A stretch of 64,000 bases of DNA from a virus. The notes under the pieces were generated by a model. That model had not been told where the DNA came from. It searched no databases and was given only the letters and a program-made list of their open reading frames with translations. The position numbers and the translations under genes were made by a program. Location: the IMG/VR virus record IMGVR_UViG_3300023184_003237, positions 4,746-68,745 of that record; one strand, 5' to 3'. Positions within the stretch are counted from its first letter, which is position 1; each line of letters opens with the position of its first letter. This document shows, in pieces, positions 30,955 through 41,512 of the stretch.

Positions 30955-32205
30955 ATGGCATATCAAATTCTAAAAAGCAATGGTCAATTATTGACGACCA
31001 TTGCTGACGGCACACTCAATGTAAGTGCAACCACACTACAGCTTCCGGGTAGGAATTACGCCGGCTACGGATTATATTTGGACACTAACTTTGTTCATAT
31101 GATAGAAAATTTTGCGTACAGTAGCCCTCCAGCAAATCCTCTTCAGGGTCAGTTATGGTTTGATACTAACACTAGCACATTAAAAGTTTGCCCTAGTGAT
31201 GGTGCTGTGGCATCATCATGGTTGTCGCTAACTTCTACTTCAAGCGGAGGAACAACATCATTTGGTGCGGTAACTGTTACCGGTAACATAACAGCTGGAA
31301 ACATTGGCAGTACGGGAACTATAAGTGGAGTTACTGGCGCGTTTACTAATGTTACCGCTACTCTTGCTAACATAACAACTGCCAATATTGGCACAGCTAA
31401 TATTGGAACAACCAATACTCAACTTATTTCTACAGGTGCAAACGCAACCGAAGGCACAATACAAGGTACATGGACATTAAACGGTGGCGGAACTGCTGGT
31501 AGTGTAGCAGGAACCGGTTTATTAATTCAAAATGGTAATCTTGTTATCCCTCCTGGTCCGGGTACTTCAAATTTAGGTATCAGAACAGATTTCTATTACT
31601 ATTCAAATGGAAATCCTGTAAGTTTTGCAGGTACATATAACAACAGCAATGTATCAGAATACTTATCCAATGCTAATGTCTCTGGTGGACGCTTTGCAGG
31701 GGCAATTTCCCCATCTAGTGTTACTACAACAACAATTACAGCCGGTAGTTCAGGTACAGCAGGACAAATTACAGGTAACTGGACGTTGGGTGCTAGCAGT
31801 AGATTAAATGCAACATACGCTGACTTGGCAGAACGATTTGAAGCAGATGCTTATTACGATGCAGGTACTGTTGTTGAATTGGGTGGCGATAAAGAAATCA
31901 CTAGTGTAAGATACGAATTGAGTGAAGATATATTTGGTGTTATTTCAGATACTGCTGCGTACTTAATGAATTCAGGTGCAGGAGATAATAGGACTCACCC
32001 TCCAGTTGCTATGACCGGTCGTGTACAAGTTAAAGTTACTGGTATAGTTAAGAAAGGTGATCGTCTAGTTAGTGCAGGAAACGGAATGGCTCGTGCCGCT
32101 CAAACCGGTGAAGCAACTGCATTTAATGTTATTGGTCGTGCATTAGAAAATAAAACATCAAATAGTATTGGAACAGTTTTAGCAATTGTTACTGTATCTA
32201 AATAA
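30955..32205 (+). CDS. Tail fibre-like protein with C-terminal intramolecular-chaperone (peptidase G2-like) domain
   Basis: N-terminal GRNYAGYG...ENFA...NPLQGQLWFD attachment module, T/G/N-rich shaft, and C-terminal YADLAERF...GVIS...GRVQVKV.G...KGD.LVS...IGRALE. Confidence 0.7.
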   Translation: MAYQILKSNGQLLTTIADGTLNVSATTLQLPGRNYAGYGLYLDTNFVHMIENFAYSSPPANPLQGQLWFDTNTSTLKVCPSDGAVASSWLSLTSTSSGGTTSFGAVTVTGNITAGNIGSTGTISGVTGAFTNVTATLANITTANIGTANIGTTNTQLISTGANATEGTIQGTWTLNGGGTAGSVAGTGLLIQNGNLVIPPGPGTSNLGIRTDFYYYSNGNPVSFAGTYNNSNVSEYLSNANVSGGRFAGAISPSSVTTTTITAGSSGTAGQITGNWTLGASSRLNATYADLAERFEADAYYDAGTVVELGGDKEITSVRYELSEDIFGVISDTAAYLMNSGAGDNRTHPPVAMTGRVQVKVTGIVKKGDRLVSAGNGMARAAQTGEATAFNVIGRALENKTSNSIGTVLAIVTVSK

Positions 32206-32216
32206 GGATTAAAAAA

Positions 32217-33188
32217 ATGTCATACGCACAATTTGGAACAATAGCAGCAACGGATTTTAACGCATTGGTAGGAGGTAACCCCACTACATCCTCAACTACA
32301 CTTAATGCTACATGGGCAACAGGTGGAGGACAAGCAGGATATGGGCAAACTGCTGTAGCTAACGTGGCGCCCGGCACTAGTATTGCCGCGGTAGGGCAGT
32401 GGGCAAATTTAGTAAGTGCTACTGCATGTGCAGCATCACATCAAGGATCTACACTTAGTTCAGTAATTACCCCAATTGCTGGAGGGACCATTATCTATCA
32501 GGCTAATATTCCTACTAATATAAGTACAATATTCACTAATAAATTAAATGCTTTAACACAAGGCACATCTACTATTGCTTATGCTAACAGAACAACAACT
32601 TGGGCAAGTAATATTACTGCAACATTTACTGCCAGTTTTGCTAATGGTGATGCCGCAAGGTATTTCTTTAATTCAGGTGGACAACTTAAACTAAGTTTTA
32701 GTCATCCCACTGGAACAGCAATTAATAACTCCTTAAACGCACTTGCAAGTGCCATTGGTACTGTTGTTGTTTCTGCTCCTTCTTCCGGAACAATTACAGT
32801 CGCTACAGTTTCATACAATGGTGTTACTAAAATAGGTGGAAGTGGAACAGTAAATTCAATTTCAACTAATTCAGGGTATTGGGGATTGCTTACATCCAAT
32901 ACTACAGTTTTTAAACAATTAATTGCATCAGCAGGAGCACCAACTGGATATGCCAATACTAATATAAATATTGTTGCAACAACTACTGCTACTGTAGGAA
33001 GTAATAGCGATAACGGTAATATTATTACTATATATTGTAATTGGGCAGAACTTAACTCCACTGGTCTGACAGCAGCAGCGGGTTCAAATTCAGTTTTAAC
33101 TGTAGTTTATCCTGAACAAGCTAATATTGCAAATAGTTGGGGATTAGTCACACTTTCTGCCAATACATCATCTGTCCCGGGTTCATAA
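32217..33188 (+). CDS. Putative virion fibre/structural protein
   Basis: Thr/Ala/Ser/Gly-rich 323-aa ORF with a FANGDAARYFFNSGG motif, following the tail-fibre gene. Confidence 0.55.
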   Translation: MSYAQFGTIAATDFNALVGGNPTTSSTTLNATWATGGGQAGYGQTAVANVAPGTSIAAVGQWANLVSATACAASHQGSTLSSVITPIAGGTIIYQANIPTNISTIFTNKLNALTQGTSTIAYANRTTTWASNITATFTASFANGDAARYFFNSGGQLKLSFSHPTGTAINNSLNALASAIGTVVVSAPSSGTITVATVSYNGVTKIGGSGTVNSISTNSGYWGLLTSNTTVFKQLIASAGAPTGYANTNINIVATTTATVGSNSDNGNIITIYCNWAELNSTGLTAAAGSNSVLTVVYPEQANIANSWGLVTLSANTSSVPGS

Positions 33189-33213
33189 TTTTTTATGGCA
33201 ACATGATATCCAT

Positions 33214-33234
33214 CTAAATACTCTTAGGAGAGTA
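33214..33234 (+). promoter_or_regulatory. CTAAATA late-promoter motif overlapping a hairpin (TACTCT-tagg-AGAGTA) that covers the AGGAG ribosome-binding site
   Basis: Sequence CTAAATACTCTTAGGAGAGTA-CG-ATG, with a 6-bp inverted repeat at 33219-33234. Confidence 0.45.
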
Positions 33235-33236
33235 CG

Positions 33237-33542
33237 ATGGATATCAAAAACTTACTTGCTGAATCAAAAGCAAGATTCAATCATAATTCGGCTAAAGCAT
33301 ATCTAGCAGAAAAATATAAATCAAAACTAATCGTTGCCGAACAAGGTGGTTTATGGAAAGCGGATGCCGAAACAATCTCATTGCTCAATAGCTTTTCATC
33401 AGCTACGCTAGTTCTTATGGACACCTTTAATAGCCCAGTTAAGGTAGATCGCCAACAACTACTAGAAAAACTTCAACAAATCTACGAAACTACCATGGAA
33501 CAATGGTATAATGAATGGCAACTACTTGAAAGCAAGAGATGA
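33237..33542 (+). CDS. Hypothetical protein (first gene of the modification run)
   Basis: 101-aa ORF with an AGGAG SD and an ATGA overlap with the next gene. Confidence 0.75.
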   Translation: MDIKNLLAESKARFNHNSAKAYLAEKYKSKLIVAEQGGLWKADAETISLLNSFSSATLVLMDTFNSPVKVDRQQLLEKLQQIYETTMEQWYNEWQLLESKR

Positions 33543-34351
33543 CCCGAGGCGCAATTTTATTTGCTTTTAATACTGAGAAATTTAATTATTATGATATGGC
33601 AGAATATGCTGCTAAACGCATAAATCATTTTCTCAATCTTCCGGTAACAATTGTTACTGATGAAGATTCATTTCCAAAAAATACTAGCTATGTTTGGGAT
33701 AAAGTAATTAAAATTGTTCCTGACAAAAATAATACACGAGTATGGGGCACATGGATTAATAAGGGCAGATGGCAAGCATACGAATTTACACCCTACGATG
33801 AAACATTGTTATTGGATGTTGATTATGTAGTAAACTCATCAAAATTGTTAAAAATATTTGACTTGTATGATGATTTCTGCTGCCATAATACGATTGACTG
33901 CTTAATGCAGCCTAACTCTGGACAAGAAAAATTAAGTCATTATGGATATAACTCTCTTTGGGCCACAGTGGTTGCATTTAAAAAAACTACCAAAGTTAAT
34001 AATATCTTTAACTGCATGAAAATGATACAGAATAATTATGAATTCTATATGAATTTGCACTCATTCAGTACAGGTATATATAGAAATGATTATTCATTGA
34101 CTATTGCATTGAGTATTATTAATGGACATTTAACTGATAACCGTGATTTTATCCCATGGAATTTGTTACACATAGCTAACAATACACAAATATATAAATC
34201 TAATAAAGATGAATTAGATTCAGAATTCACCGTAACATTTGATAATTGGCAAAGAGGTAAAATTCGCAAAGAATATGTAACAATTAATGATTTAGATTTT
34301 CACATAATGGATAAAGAACTGTATGTAGGGATCATTGAAAATGCAAAATAA
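33539..34351 (+). CDS. GT-A fold glycosyltransferase-like protein (DxD)
   Basis: AYEFTPYDETLLLDVDY carries a DxD after the SPY/TPY motif, and YRNDY follows. This pattern is typical of nucleotide-diphospho-sugar transferases. Confidence 0.7.
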   Translation: MTRGAILFAFNTEKFNYYDMAEYAAKRINHFLNLPVTIVTDEDSFPKNTSYVWDKVIKIVPDKNNTRVWGTWINKGRWQAYEFTPYDETLLLDVDYVVNSSKLLKIFDLYDDFCCHNTIDCLMQPNSGQEKLSHYGYNSLWATVVAFKKTTKVNNIFNCMKMIQNNYEFYMNLHSFSTGIYRNDYSLTIALSIINGHLTDNRDFIPWNLLHIANNTQIYKSNKDELDSEFTVTFDNWQRGKIRKEYVTINDLDFHIMDKELYVGIIENAK

Positions 34352-35102
34352 TAAAGGTTTTGTAATAATGGCGCAAGGAGACGATTATGAAAAATGCGCC
34401 CGGGCTTTGGAACTTAGCATTAAACGTGCTATGCCCGATGCTAATGTTACTATTATAACAACCAAAATGTTGCCGTACGGAGATCAATGTCCCGACACAT
34501 TTTGGAAATTGCAAAATGATTGGCAAGTTTATGAAGCTAGTCCATATGAATACACAATCAAATTAGAAGCAGATATGTATATTCCCCAATCAATTGAATA
34601 TTGGTTTGATTCATTGAAAGATAGAGATGTTGTTATTTGTACTAATATAAAAAATTTTATGCAAGAAGATTCTGATGTAACATTTTATAGAAGATTCATT
34701 ATTGATAATAAATTACCTAATACTTACAACGGGATTACATATTTTAAGAAATCACCATTGGCTCAGCAATTCTTTGAAACTACAAGAACTATTTGGGAAA
34801 ATTGGAAAGATGTTCGCAGCACACTACAATGTAATGTAAATGAACTAGCATCAACTGATTGGGTTTATGCAATCGCATCTCATATTATAGGGGTTGAAAA
34901 AACTACACTGCCACAGTTTGAAGCAATGTCAATGATTCATATGAAACAATATATTAATAATACCCCGTCTGAAGATTGGACAGATATATTTACATCTGAA
35001 ATTTTACCTCATTCTATCCGAATAAATACAATTCCTCAATTATACCCGTTTCACTATCATGTTAAGCACTTTGCAAATACTATACTGGAGAACTTAAAAT
35101 GA
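34341..35102 (+). CDS. GT-A fold glycosyltransferase-like protein (paralog, ExD)
   Basis: YEASPYEYTIKLEADM parallels the preceding gene; LPNTYNGITYF, STDWVYA and HYH motifs are present. The ATG at 34341 is a more likely start than the TTG at 34335. Confidence 0.65.
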   Translation: MQNNKGFVIMAQGDDYEKCARALELSIKRAMPDANVTIITTKMLPYGDQCPDTFWKLQNDWQVYEASPYEYTIKLEADMYIPQSIEYWFDSLKDRDVVICTNIKNFMQEDSDVTFYRRFIIDNKLPNTYNGITYFKKSPLAQQFFETTRTIWENWKDVRSTLQCNVNELASTDWVYAIASHIIGVEKTTLPQFEAMSMIHMKQYINNTPSEDWTDIFTSEILPHSIRINTIPQLYPFHYHVKHFANTILENLK

Positions 35103-35446
35103 TAGAAAATAATGATGAGTCTATGTTTGTTTGGAATGCACCTACTATCGAAAAGCCCGAATTTAGGTTGTATTATGATGATTTAGGTAGTATAATATGT
35201 TATTCAGGTGATAAACTACAAGAAGGTAACTTTATAGTTATAGATGCTCAAACTTTTGCTGAAGCTAGATATGATTTAAGAATTATCGATGGTAGAATCA
35301 TTAAAAATTCTAGTCACGCAACTATAGTTAGACTAACACCTAGTGACAACGGAACGTTGTGTGCTAGCGAAGACCTAAGTGTTATTGTATCTGAGGAAGA
35401 TGAAGTTGAAAAACAATATTGGAAGTTAACTGTTTATGAATTTTGA
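35099..35446 (+). CDS. Hypothetical protein
   Basis: 115-aa ORF, translationally coupled (ATGA) on its 5' side and overlapping the next gene. Confidence 0.7.
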   Translation: MIENNDESMFVWNAPTIEKPEFRLYYDDLGSIICYSGDKLQEGNFIVIDAQTFAEARYDLRIIDGRIIKNSSHATIVRLTPSDNGTLCASEDLSVIVSEEDEVEKQYWKLTVYEF

Positions 35447-36389
35447 AAATATTGTGGATGTTGCTGATTTAGATTGTATCTATCTAAGTTATGATGAGCC
35501 ACAAAAAGAAGAATTTTGGCTTAAAATTAAAAATATGATACCCTGGGCTAAACGAGTAGACGGAGTTAAAGGCTCTGATGCTGCTCATAAAGCAGCAGGT
35601 GAAGAAAGTGATACAGAACGATTTATTTTAATTGACGGTGATAACATGCCGGACGAAAGTTTTTTCAATATGCAATTAAATTTTACTGATAAAGATCCTA
35701 AATATAAATTAGCACAATATCGTTGGAAAGCAATTAATAGTATTAACGGATTGCGCTATGGTAATGGTGGCATGAGTAGCTGGACAAAGACGTATGTTGC
35801 TAATATGCAAACACATGAAAATCAAACAGAAGGTGACATTAGCCGTATTGCTGATTTCTGTTTAGACAGCAAAGATAATTTATACTGGGCAATGCATGAT
35901 TGTTATTCTACTACTTATCCCAATTATACTCCGTTTCAAGCATGGCGCGCAGGATTTCGTGAAGGCGTAAAGATGGTTCTTGATAAAGGAGCTAAGCCTG
36001 ATATCAATACATTTAGAGAAACAGTTTCTAATCGTAATGTCAATAACTTAACAATATGGCACAACGTGGGAATGGACGTAGATAACGGAGAGTGGGCAAT
36101 TATGGGCGCACGTATGGGAACTCACATGACTATGTTAACAGATTGGGAACATACTAATGTTCAGTGGTTTGATAACTATACAACCATGTGGGAACAAGTT
36201 AAGAATGAAGATCCTTTGATATTAGCAGAAACATACGGCATTGAATTAAGTGCAAAATTAGGGTTACCTATGTGTGCTTTAGACAAAGTTCAAAGTAAAT
36301 TTTTTAAACGTCACTACAACGCTGACAAATACAATGTAGGTCCACTTGTAACTGAGATGGATGTTATTCGTAGAATCGAAGGATGGTAA
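35436..36389 (+). CDS. GT-A/GT2-like glycosyltransferase (DGD motif)
   Basis: DCIYLSYDEP...RVDGVKGSDAAHKAA...ERFILIDGDN...NGLRYGNGG...AWRAGFREGVK. It is clearly homologous to the C-terminal domain of the 55748..62146 protein. Confidence 0.65.
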   Translation: MNFENIVDVADLDCIYLSYDEPQKEEFWLKIKNMIPWAKRVDGVKGSDAAHKAAGEESDTERFILIDGDNMPDESFFNMQLNFTDKDPKYKLAQYRWKAINSINGLRYGNGGMSSWTKTYVANMQTHENQTEGDISRIADFCLDSKDNLYWAMHDCYSTTYPNYTPFQAWRAGFREGVKMVLDKGAKPDINTFRETVSNRNVNNLTIWHNVGMDVDNGEWAIMGARMGTHMTMLTDWEHTNVQWFDNYTTMWEQVKNEDPLILAETYGIELSAKLGLPMCALDKVQSKFFKRHYNADKYNVGPLVTEMDVIRRIEGW

Positions 36390-37783
36390 TGAGTAGTGAA
36401 CACCAACGCATACAAGACATTAAAATAAAGATTGAGAATGAAGTAGGTCCTACTTTTTGCCTTGCTAAATTTCATCATGTAACTATGTATCTACAATCAG
36501 GTGAGACACATAGTTGTTATCACCCACAGCCGCACAAAATTCCTCTAATAGAATTAAAAGATAATCCATCTGCATTGCATAATACAATTCAGAAAAAAGA
36601 AGAACGTAAACTAATGCTTGAAGGTGGTAAACCTTCTGGCTGTCAATATTGCTGGAACATTGAAGCAATGGGTCCAGAATATATCAGTGACCGTCATATT
36701 CGTAATGCATCTATCTTTACAGAAGAACGATATGAACAAACAGTCAAGGGTCCTTGGGATCAAAACATCAATCCAGAATACTTAGAGATTAACTTTGGTA
36801 ACGAATGTAATTTTAAATGTGGCTATTGTCATCCCAAGTATTCTACTAGTTTCTATAATGAAATTAAAGTTAATGGCCCTGTAACAACAGTAAAGAACCA
36901 TCGCTGCGATGTTGATTGGATGAAACTATATCAGCGTGAAGAAGAAAATCCCTACGTTGATGCATTCTGGAAGTGGTGGCCTGAATTACGCAAGACATTA
37001 AATATTATGCGGGTAACAGGTGGCGAACCAACTATGCATACAAGTACTTGGAAATTGCTTAAAGAAATTGATAAAGATCCTATGCCATGGTTAGAGTTAA
37101 ATATTAATAGTAACTTAGGCACTAAAACGGCTCTTGTTGAAAAGTTAAGTGATAGTGTAAAACAATTATGTGATGATGGGAAAATAAAGTCATTCAAATT
37201 ATTTACTAGCCTAGACACATGGGGACCCAAAGCTGAATATATTCGTACTGGATTAAATTTGGAATTATGGGAAAAGAATTTTCACACATATCTTACTAGA
37301 ACTGATAGCCCCATAACGTTTATGATTACGTTTAACATCTTTAGTGTAACTACATTTAAAGAATTTTTAGCTAAGTTTTTAGAATGGCGTGAGCAGTATG
37401 GGTGGTATGATGATATTAAGGATCACCGAGTTCGCTTTGATACTCCATACTTACGTGACCCAATACAGTATGATATGAACATTCTTCCTAAAGAAGAATT
37501 CATGCCCTATATGCATGATGCATTAAAGTTTATGGAAGAAAATGTAGATGACAATGCTAGTAATAAGTTTACTACAGTTGAATATGAAAAGTTCAAACGT
37601 GTAGTAGATTACATGGCAGAGACAGTTTATTCCGAAGATAAATTAACTGAAGGGCGTAGAGATTTTTATAATTGGTTCAATGAATTAGACGAACGTAGAG
37701 ATACTGATATGTTATCTATTTTTCCTGAGTATATGAATTTTTATAAATTGTGCCAAGAAACTAACCAATTAAATCCATTATGA
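36389..37783 (+). CDS. Radical SAM protein with N-terminal twitch-like Cys cluster
   Basis: CNFKCGYC and TGGEP motifs, with N-terminal FC...SC...CQYC. The start is probably the TAATG-coupled ATG at 36389 (the track gives 36383). Confidence 0.85.
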   Translation: MSSEHQRIQDIKIKIENEVGPTFCLAKFHHVTMYLQSGETHSCYHPQPHKIPLIELKDNPSALHNTIQKKEERKLMLEGGKPSGCQYCWNIEAMGPEYISDRHIRNASIFTEERYEQTVKGPWDQNINPEYLEINFGNECNFKCGYCHPKYSTSFYNEIKVNGPVTTVKNHRCDVDWMKLYQREEENPYVDAFWKWWPELRKTLNIMRVTGGEPTMHTSTWKLLKEIDKDPMPWLELNINSNLGTKTALVEKLSDSVKQLCDDGKIKSFKLFTSLDTWGPKAEYIRTGLNLELWEKNFHTYLTRTDSPITFMITFNIFSVTTFKEFLAKFLEWREQYGWYDDIKDHRVRFDTPYLRDPIQYDMNILPKEEFMPYMHDALKFMEENVDDNASNKFTTVEYEKFKRVVDYMAETVYSEDKLTEGRRDFYNWFNELDERRDTDMLSIFPEYMNFYKLCQETNQLNPL

Positions 37784-39009
37784 ATAAAGAATATCACTTA
37801 ACAGAAAGCAAAACGTTTTGTATGTTGCCATGGGTACATTTATATACTACTCCAATTGGAGTAGCAGCGCCCTGTTGTATTTCTGCATCGATTTCAACTG
37901 AAAAAGGCATGGGAGATTCTACTAAACAACCATTAATGGAACTTGTAAATTCTGAAAAAATGAAAGAATTACGTATGGATATGTTAGCTGGTGTTAAAAA
38001 TCCAGAATGTAATTCTTGTCATGTTGGGGAATTACACGGCGGGAATAGCTTTAGACAATCAGCAAATAAAGACTATGGAAAGTTTTTTGATGAAGCTATA
38101 AACAATACATTACCAGATGGGTCAATAACAAAATTTGAAATGAGATATTTTGATATTAGATTCAATAATATATGTAACTTTAAATGCAGAACGTGTGTTA
38201 GTGAATTTAGTAGCCAATGGGAACAAGAGAACTTAAAAAATAAAGTAACATACGCAAAAATTCATCCAAAAAATGATAGTCCAAAATTCTTGCAAGAAGT
38301 AATAGACCAAATTCAATTTATGCAAACTGCATATTTTGCAGGCGGAGAACCGTTAATTACTGAAGAACATTATGTGTTATTAGAAGAAATGATAAAACAA
38401 GGTCGAACTGACATAAAATTAAGATATAACACAAATTTGAGTAATTTAAAATTTAAAAATAAAGACTTACTAGGGTTATGGAAACATTTTGATAAAAATA
38501 TTGAATTAAGTGCCAGCATAGACCATTATGGAAGTCGTGCGGAATATATAAGAAATGGAACTGTATGGCCAACAATAGAAGAAAATTTTCTTAATATTAA
38601 AAAATTGCCATATGTTAATATGCAAATTAATACAGTATTAAGCATTTTTAATTTATTGACATTCGATAAATTTTATGAATATTTAATTAATAATAAAATG
38701 TATTCCCCTATTGATCCGACATATGGATTATATAGAATGACAGGACCAATCTATTTGTCATGTCACATTTTACCTGAAGAATACAAAATACAAGGTAAAG
38801 AAAGTATAGAAAAATCTATATCCTTGTTAAAACAACATAACTTTACAAAACATCAAATAGCTTCATTAGAGCAAGTATTACCCTGGTTATTTTCTGAAAA
38901 TATATGGGAACAAAATAAAAATGAATTTAAAAATGAAGTCCAACGATTAGATAAAATTAGAGGGGAAGATTTTAGTAAAACTTTTCCTGAACTAGCAGGA
39001 TTATTATGA
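37780..39009 (+). CDS. Radical SAM protein with N-terminal twitch-like domain
   Basis: FCMLPW...PCC...CNSC at the N-terminus, then CNFKCRTC and AGGEP. Confidence 0.88.
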   Translation: MNKEYHLTESKTFCMLPWVHLYTTPIGVAAPCCISASISTEKGMGDSTKQPLMELVNSEKMKELRMDMLAGVKNPECNSCHVGELHGGNSFRQSANKDYGKFFDEAINNTLPDGSITKFEMRYFDIRFNNICNFKCRTCVSEFSSQWEQENLKNKVTYAKIHPKNDSPKFLQEVIDQIQFMQTAYFAGGEPLITEEHYVLLEEMIKQGRTDIKLRYNTNLSNLKFKNKDLLGLWKHFDKNIELSASIDHYGSRAEYIRNGTVWPTIEENFLNIKKLPYVNMQINTVLSIFNLLTFDKFYEYLINNKMYSPIDPTYGLYRMTGPIYLSCHILPEEYKIQGKESIEKSISLLKQHNFTKHQIASLEQVLPWLFSENIWEQNKNEFKNEVQRLDKIRGEDFSKTFPELAGLL

Positions 39010-40232
39010 ACAAAGAATATTTATTAAACGAAAGTAAAACTTTTTGCATGTTCCCATGGGTACACTTAAATGTAACTCCCAAGGGAGATATCTACCCCTG
39101 CTGTAGCAATGACTATACTGTACCTTTTGGAAATACTAAACAAACTAGTCTCAAAGATGCCTTCAACAACGAACAGATGAAGCAATTGCGTTTGGATATG
39201 CTAGCTGATAAGCCAAACAAAATATGTAACTTTTGCTACAAACACGAAGAAGCAGGTCCTCATAGCTTTAGAAATTATAGCAAAGAACACTTTGGTAAAC
39301 ACTTTGATTCAGTTGTGCCAACTACAACTGAAGACGGTACCGTACCTGAATTCAAAATGCATTACTTTGATATACGATTCAGTAACATATGCAATTTCAA
39401 ATGCAGAACATGTGGAAGTGAATTTAGTAGTCAATGGGGAGCAGAAATGCGAGCCAATCATGATCCAAAACATCCTATCGTAATTCATGCTGATGAAAAA
39501 GGTAATCTACTACGTGAAGTATTAGAACAAGTAGAACATATTGACTTAGCTTATTTTGCAGGCGGTGAACCCACATTAACTGAAGAACATTATATAATGC
39601 TAGAGGAGATGATACGCAAAGGCCGTACTGACATAACATTACGATATAACACAAACGCTAGCAACATTAAATTTAAAGATTATGATTTACTAGACATGTG
39701 GAAACACTTTAAGAAGATTGAATTGTCGTGTTCAGTTGATCATTATGGTGAACGTGCTGAATGGTTGCGTCATGGAACAGATTGGGGTTTAGTAGAAAGC
39801 AATTTACTAAAGTTTAGAGAATTAGATTATGTTTCGTTTCAATTGAATACTGTTTTTTCAATATTTAATTACGCAACAATTGGCGAATTCTATTCGTATT
39901 TAAAGAGCAAGGGTATTGTTCGTGCTGAAGATTGGTATCATAGTTTATATCTAGCAGTACATCCTAGCTATTATGGTGCTAAAAGTTTACCCAAAGAATT
40001 AAAAGTTGAAGCAGCTAATAAGGCATTAATATGGGTAGAGAATAATAAAAATGATCATACTTCATTATCCCGTCTAGTTAATGATGGAATAAACTTTGCT
40101 AAAGACAATGACACTTGGGCTGATAACAAAGAAACTTTTATGTTACATACTGGATCAGGTGATAGGATACGCGGTGAAAGTTTCTGGAAAACTTTCCCTG
40201 AATTAAATAAATTACAAGACTTGATGGAGTAA
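39006..40232 (+). CDS. Radical SAM protein with N-terminal twitch-like domain (close paralog of the previous gene)
   Basis: FCMFPW...PCC...CNFC, CNFKCRTC and AGGEP. Confidence 0.88.
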   Translation: MNKEYLLNESKTFCMFPWVHLNVTPKGDIYPCCSNDYTVPFGNTKQTSLKDAFNNEQMKQLRLDMLADKPNKICNFCYKHEEAGPHSFRNYSKEHFGKHFDSVVPTTTEDGTVPEFKMHYFDIRFSNICNFKCRTCGSEFSSQWGAEMRANHDPKHPIVIHADEKGNLLREVLEQVEHIDLAYFAGGEPTLTEEHYIMLEEMIRKGRTDITLRYNTNASNIKFKDYDLLDMWKHFKKIELSCSVDHYGERAEWLRHGTDWGLVESNLLKFRELDYVSFQLNTVFSIFNYATIGEFYSYLKSKGIVRAEDWYHSLYLAVHPSYYGAKSLPKELKVEAANKALIWVENNKNDHTSLSRLVNDGINFAKDNDTWADNKETFMLHTGSGDRIRGESFWKTFPELNKLQDLME

Positions 40233-40234
40233 AA

Positions 40235-41512
40235 ATGCAAGATACACTCGTAGTAGAAAATTTAGTTAAACACGGTAAACATTTTTGTGTATTACCCTGG
40301 GTGCATTTTCATTCATGGCCCGACGGAAGAGTAATGCCCTGTTGTATAGCAGATAGCAATATGCCAGTGGCAGATATTAAAAACGATGAGTCTATTATTC
40401 AAATGATGAATAGTGAAGATTACAAGAAAATGCGTACAGCAATGCTTAGTGATGAGCCAGTAGAAGCCTGCAAACGTTGCTATGACTTAGAGTTAATGGG
40501 TACATGGACAATGCGTCAAAGTCATAACAAACGTAGAGGACTTGAATATGTTGATATGATTGCAAAGAACACATCAGATGATGGAACTCTTTCTGAATTT
40601 CAAATGAAGTATATGGATTTGCGTTTTAGTAATATGTGTAACATGAAATGTCGCAGTTGCGGACCAGGGTGTAGTAGTCTTTGGGCACAAGAGTTTGTGG
40701 ATGAACGCGGCGTTGATACATATGAAAAATATTTCAATACCAAAAAGGTTGTAATTAATTCAGCAGAAGAAATGGGGTTTATGAACAAACTTAAACCTTA
40801 TTTAAAAGATGTATTAGAAGTTTATTTTGCAGGTGGAGAAATTATTATTACTCCGGAACATTATGAATGTTTAGATTATTGGATTGAAAATGGTTTAACA
40901 GATCAAGTTGAATTAACTTACACAACAAACTTTAGTTCATTAAAATACAAAGATAAAGATTTAATTGGTTACTGGAAAAAGTTCCCACAATTAAAAATAT
41001 GGGCTAGTTTAGATGCTGAAGGCGATGTAGCAGAAGCAATCAGAAAAGGAACAGACTGGAAACGAATTGTTAAAAATATCAAATCCTTAAAGGAGCAAGT
41101 TCCACATGCACAATTTCAAATAACGCCAACTATTAGTATTTGGAATGTATTTGATTTTCCTGATTTCTTTGATTATATGGTTAAAGAAGGATTCATTGAT
41201 GACAAAACATCTAGTCCTAGATTCAATTTAGCAACCAACCCATGGTATGCAAATATTATGATTTTACCTAAGCATGTCAAACGCAGATTGGTTGAATTAT
41301 ATCGTGTATATGCCAATAGGTATGAGAATGTAAATGATGAGATATATCATGGTTTTAAAATGATTATTTACAATTTACATGTTGGAGAAGAAAACAAAGG
41401 TGGGATAATAGAATTTAAACAATTTAATGATGAATTAGATGAATTTAGAAATGAAAAATTAGTTGATATTATACCAGAATTAAAAGAGGTTTATGAATGG
41501 GCAGAAAGTTAA
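40235..41512 (+). CDS. Radical SAM protein with N-terminal twitch-like domain
   Basis: FCVLPW...PCC...CKRC, CNMKCRSC and AGGE. Confidence 0.88.
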   Translation: MQDTLVVENLVKHGKHFCVLPWVHFHSWPDGRVMPCCIADSNMPVADIKNDESIIQMMNSEDYKKMRTAMLSDEPVEACKRCYDLELMGTWTMRQSHNKRRGLEYVDMIAKNTSDDGTLSEFQMKYMDLRFSNMCNMKCRSCGPGCSSLWAQEFVDERGVDTYEKYFNTKKVVINSAEEMGFMNKLKPYLKDVLEVYFAGGEIIITPEHYECLDYWIENGLTDQVELTYTTNFSSLKYKDKDLIGYWKKFPQLKIWASLDAEGDVAEAIRKGTDWKRIVKNIKSLKEQVPHAQFQITPTISIWNVFDFPDFFDYMVKEGFIDDKTSSPRFNLATNPWYANIMILPKHVKRRLVELYRVYANRYENVNDEIYHGFKMIIYNLHVGEENKGGIIEFKQFNDELDEFRNEKLVDIIPELKEVYEWAES

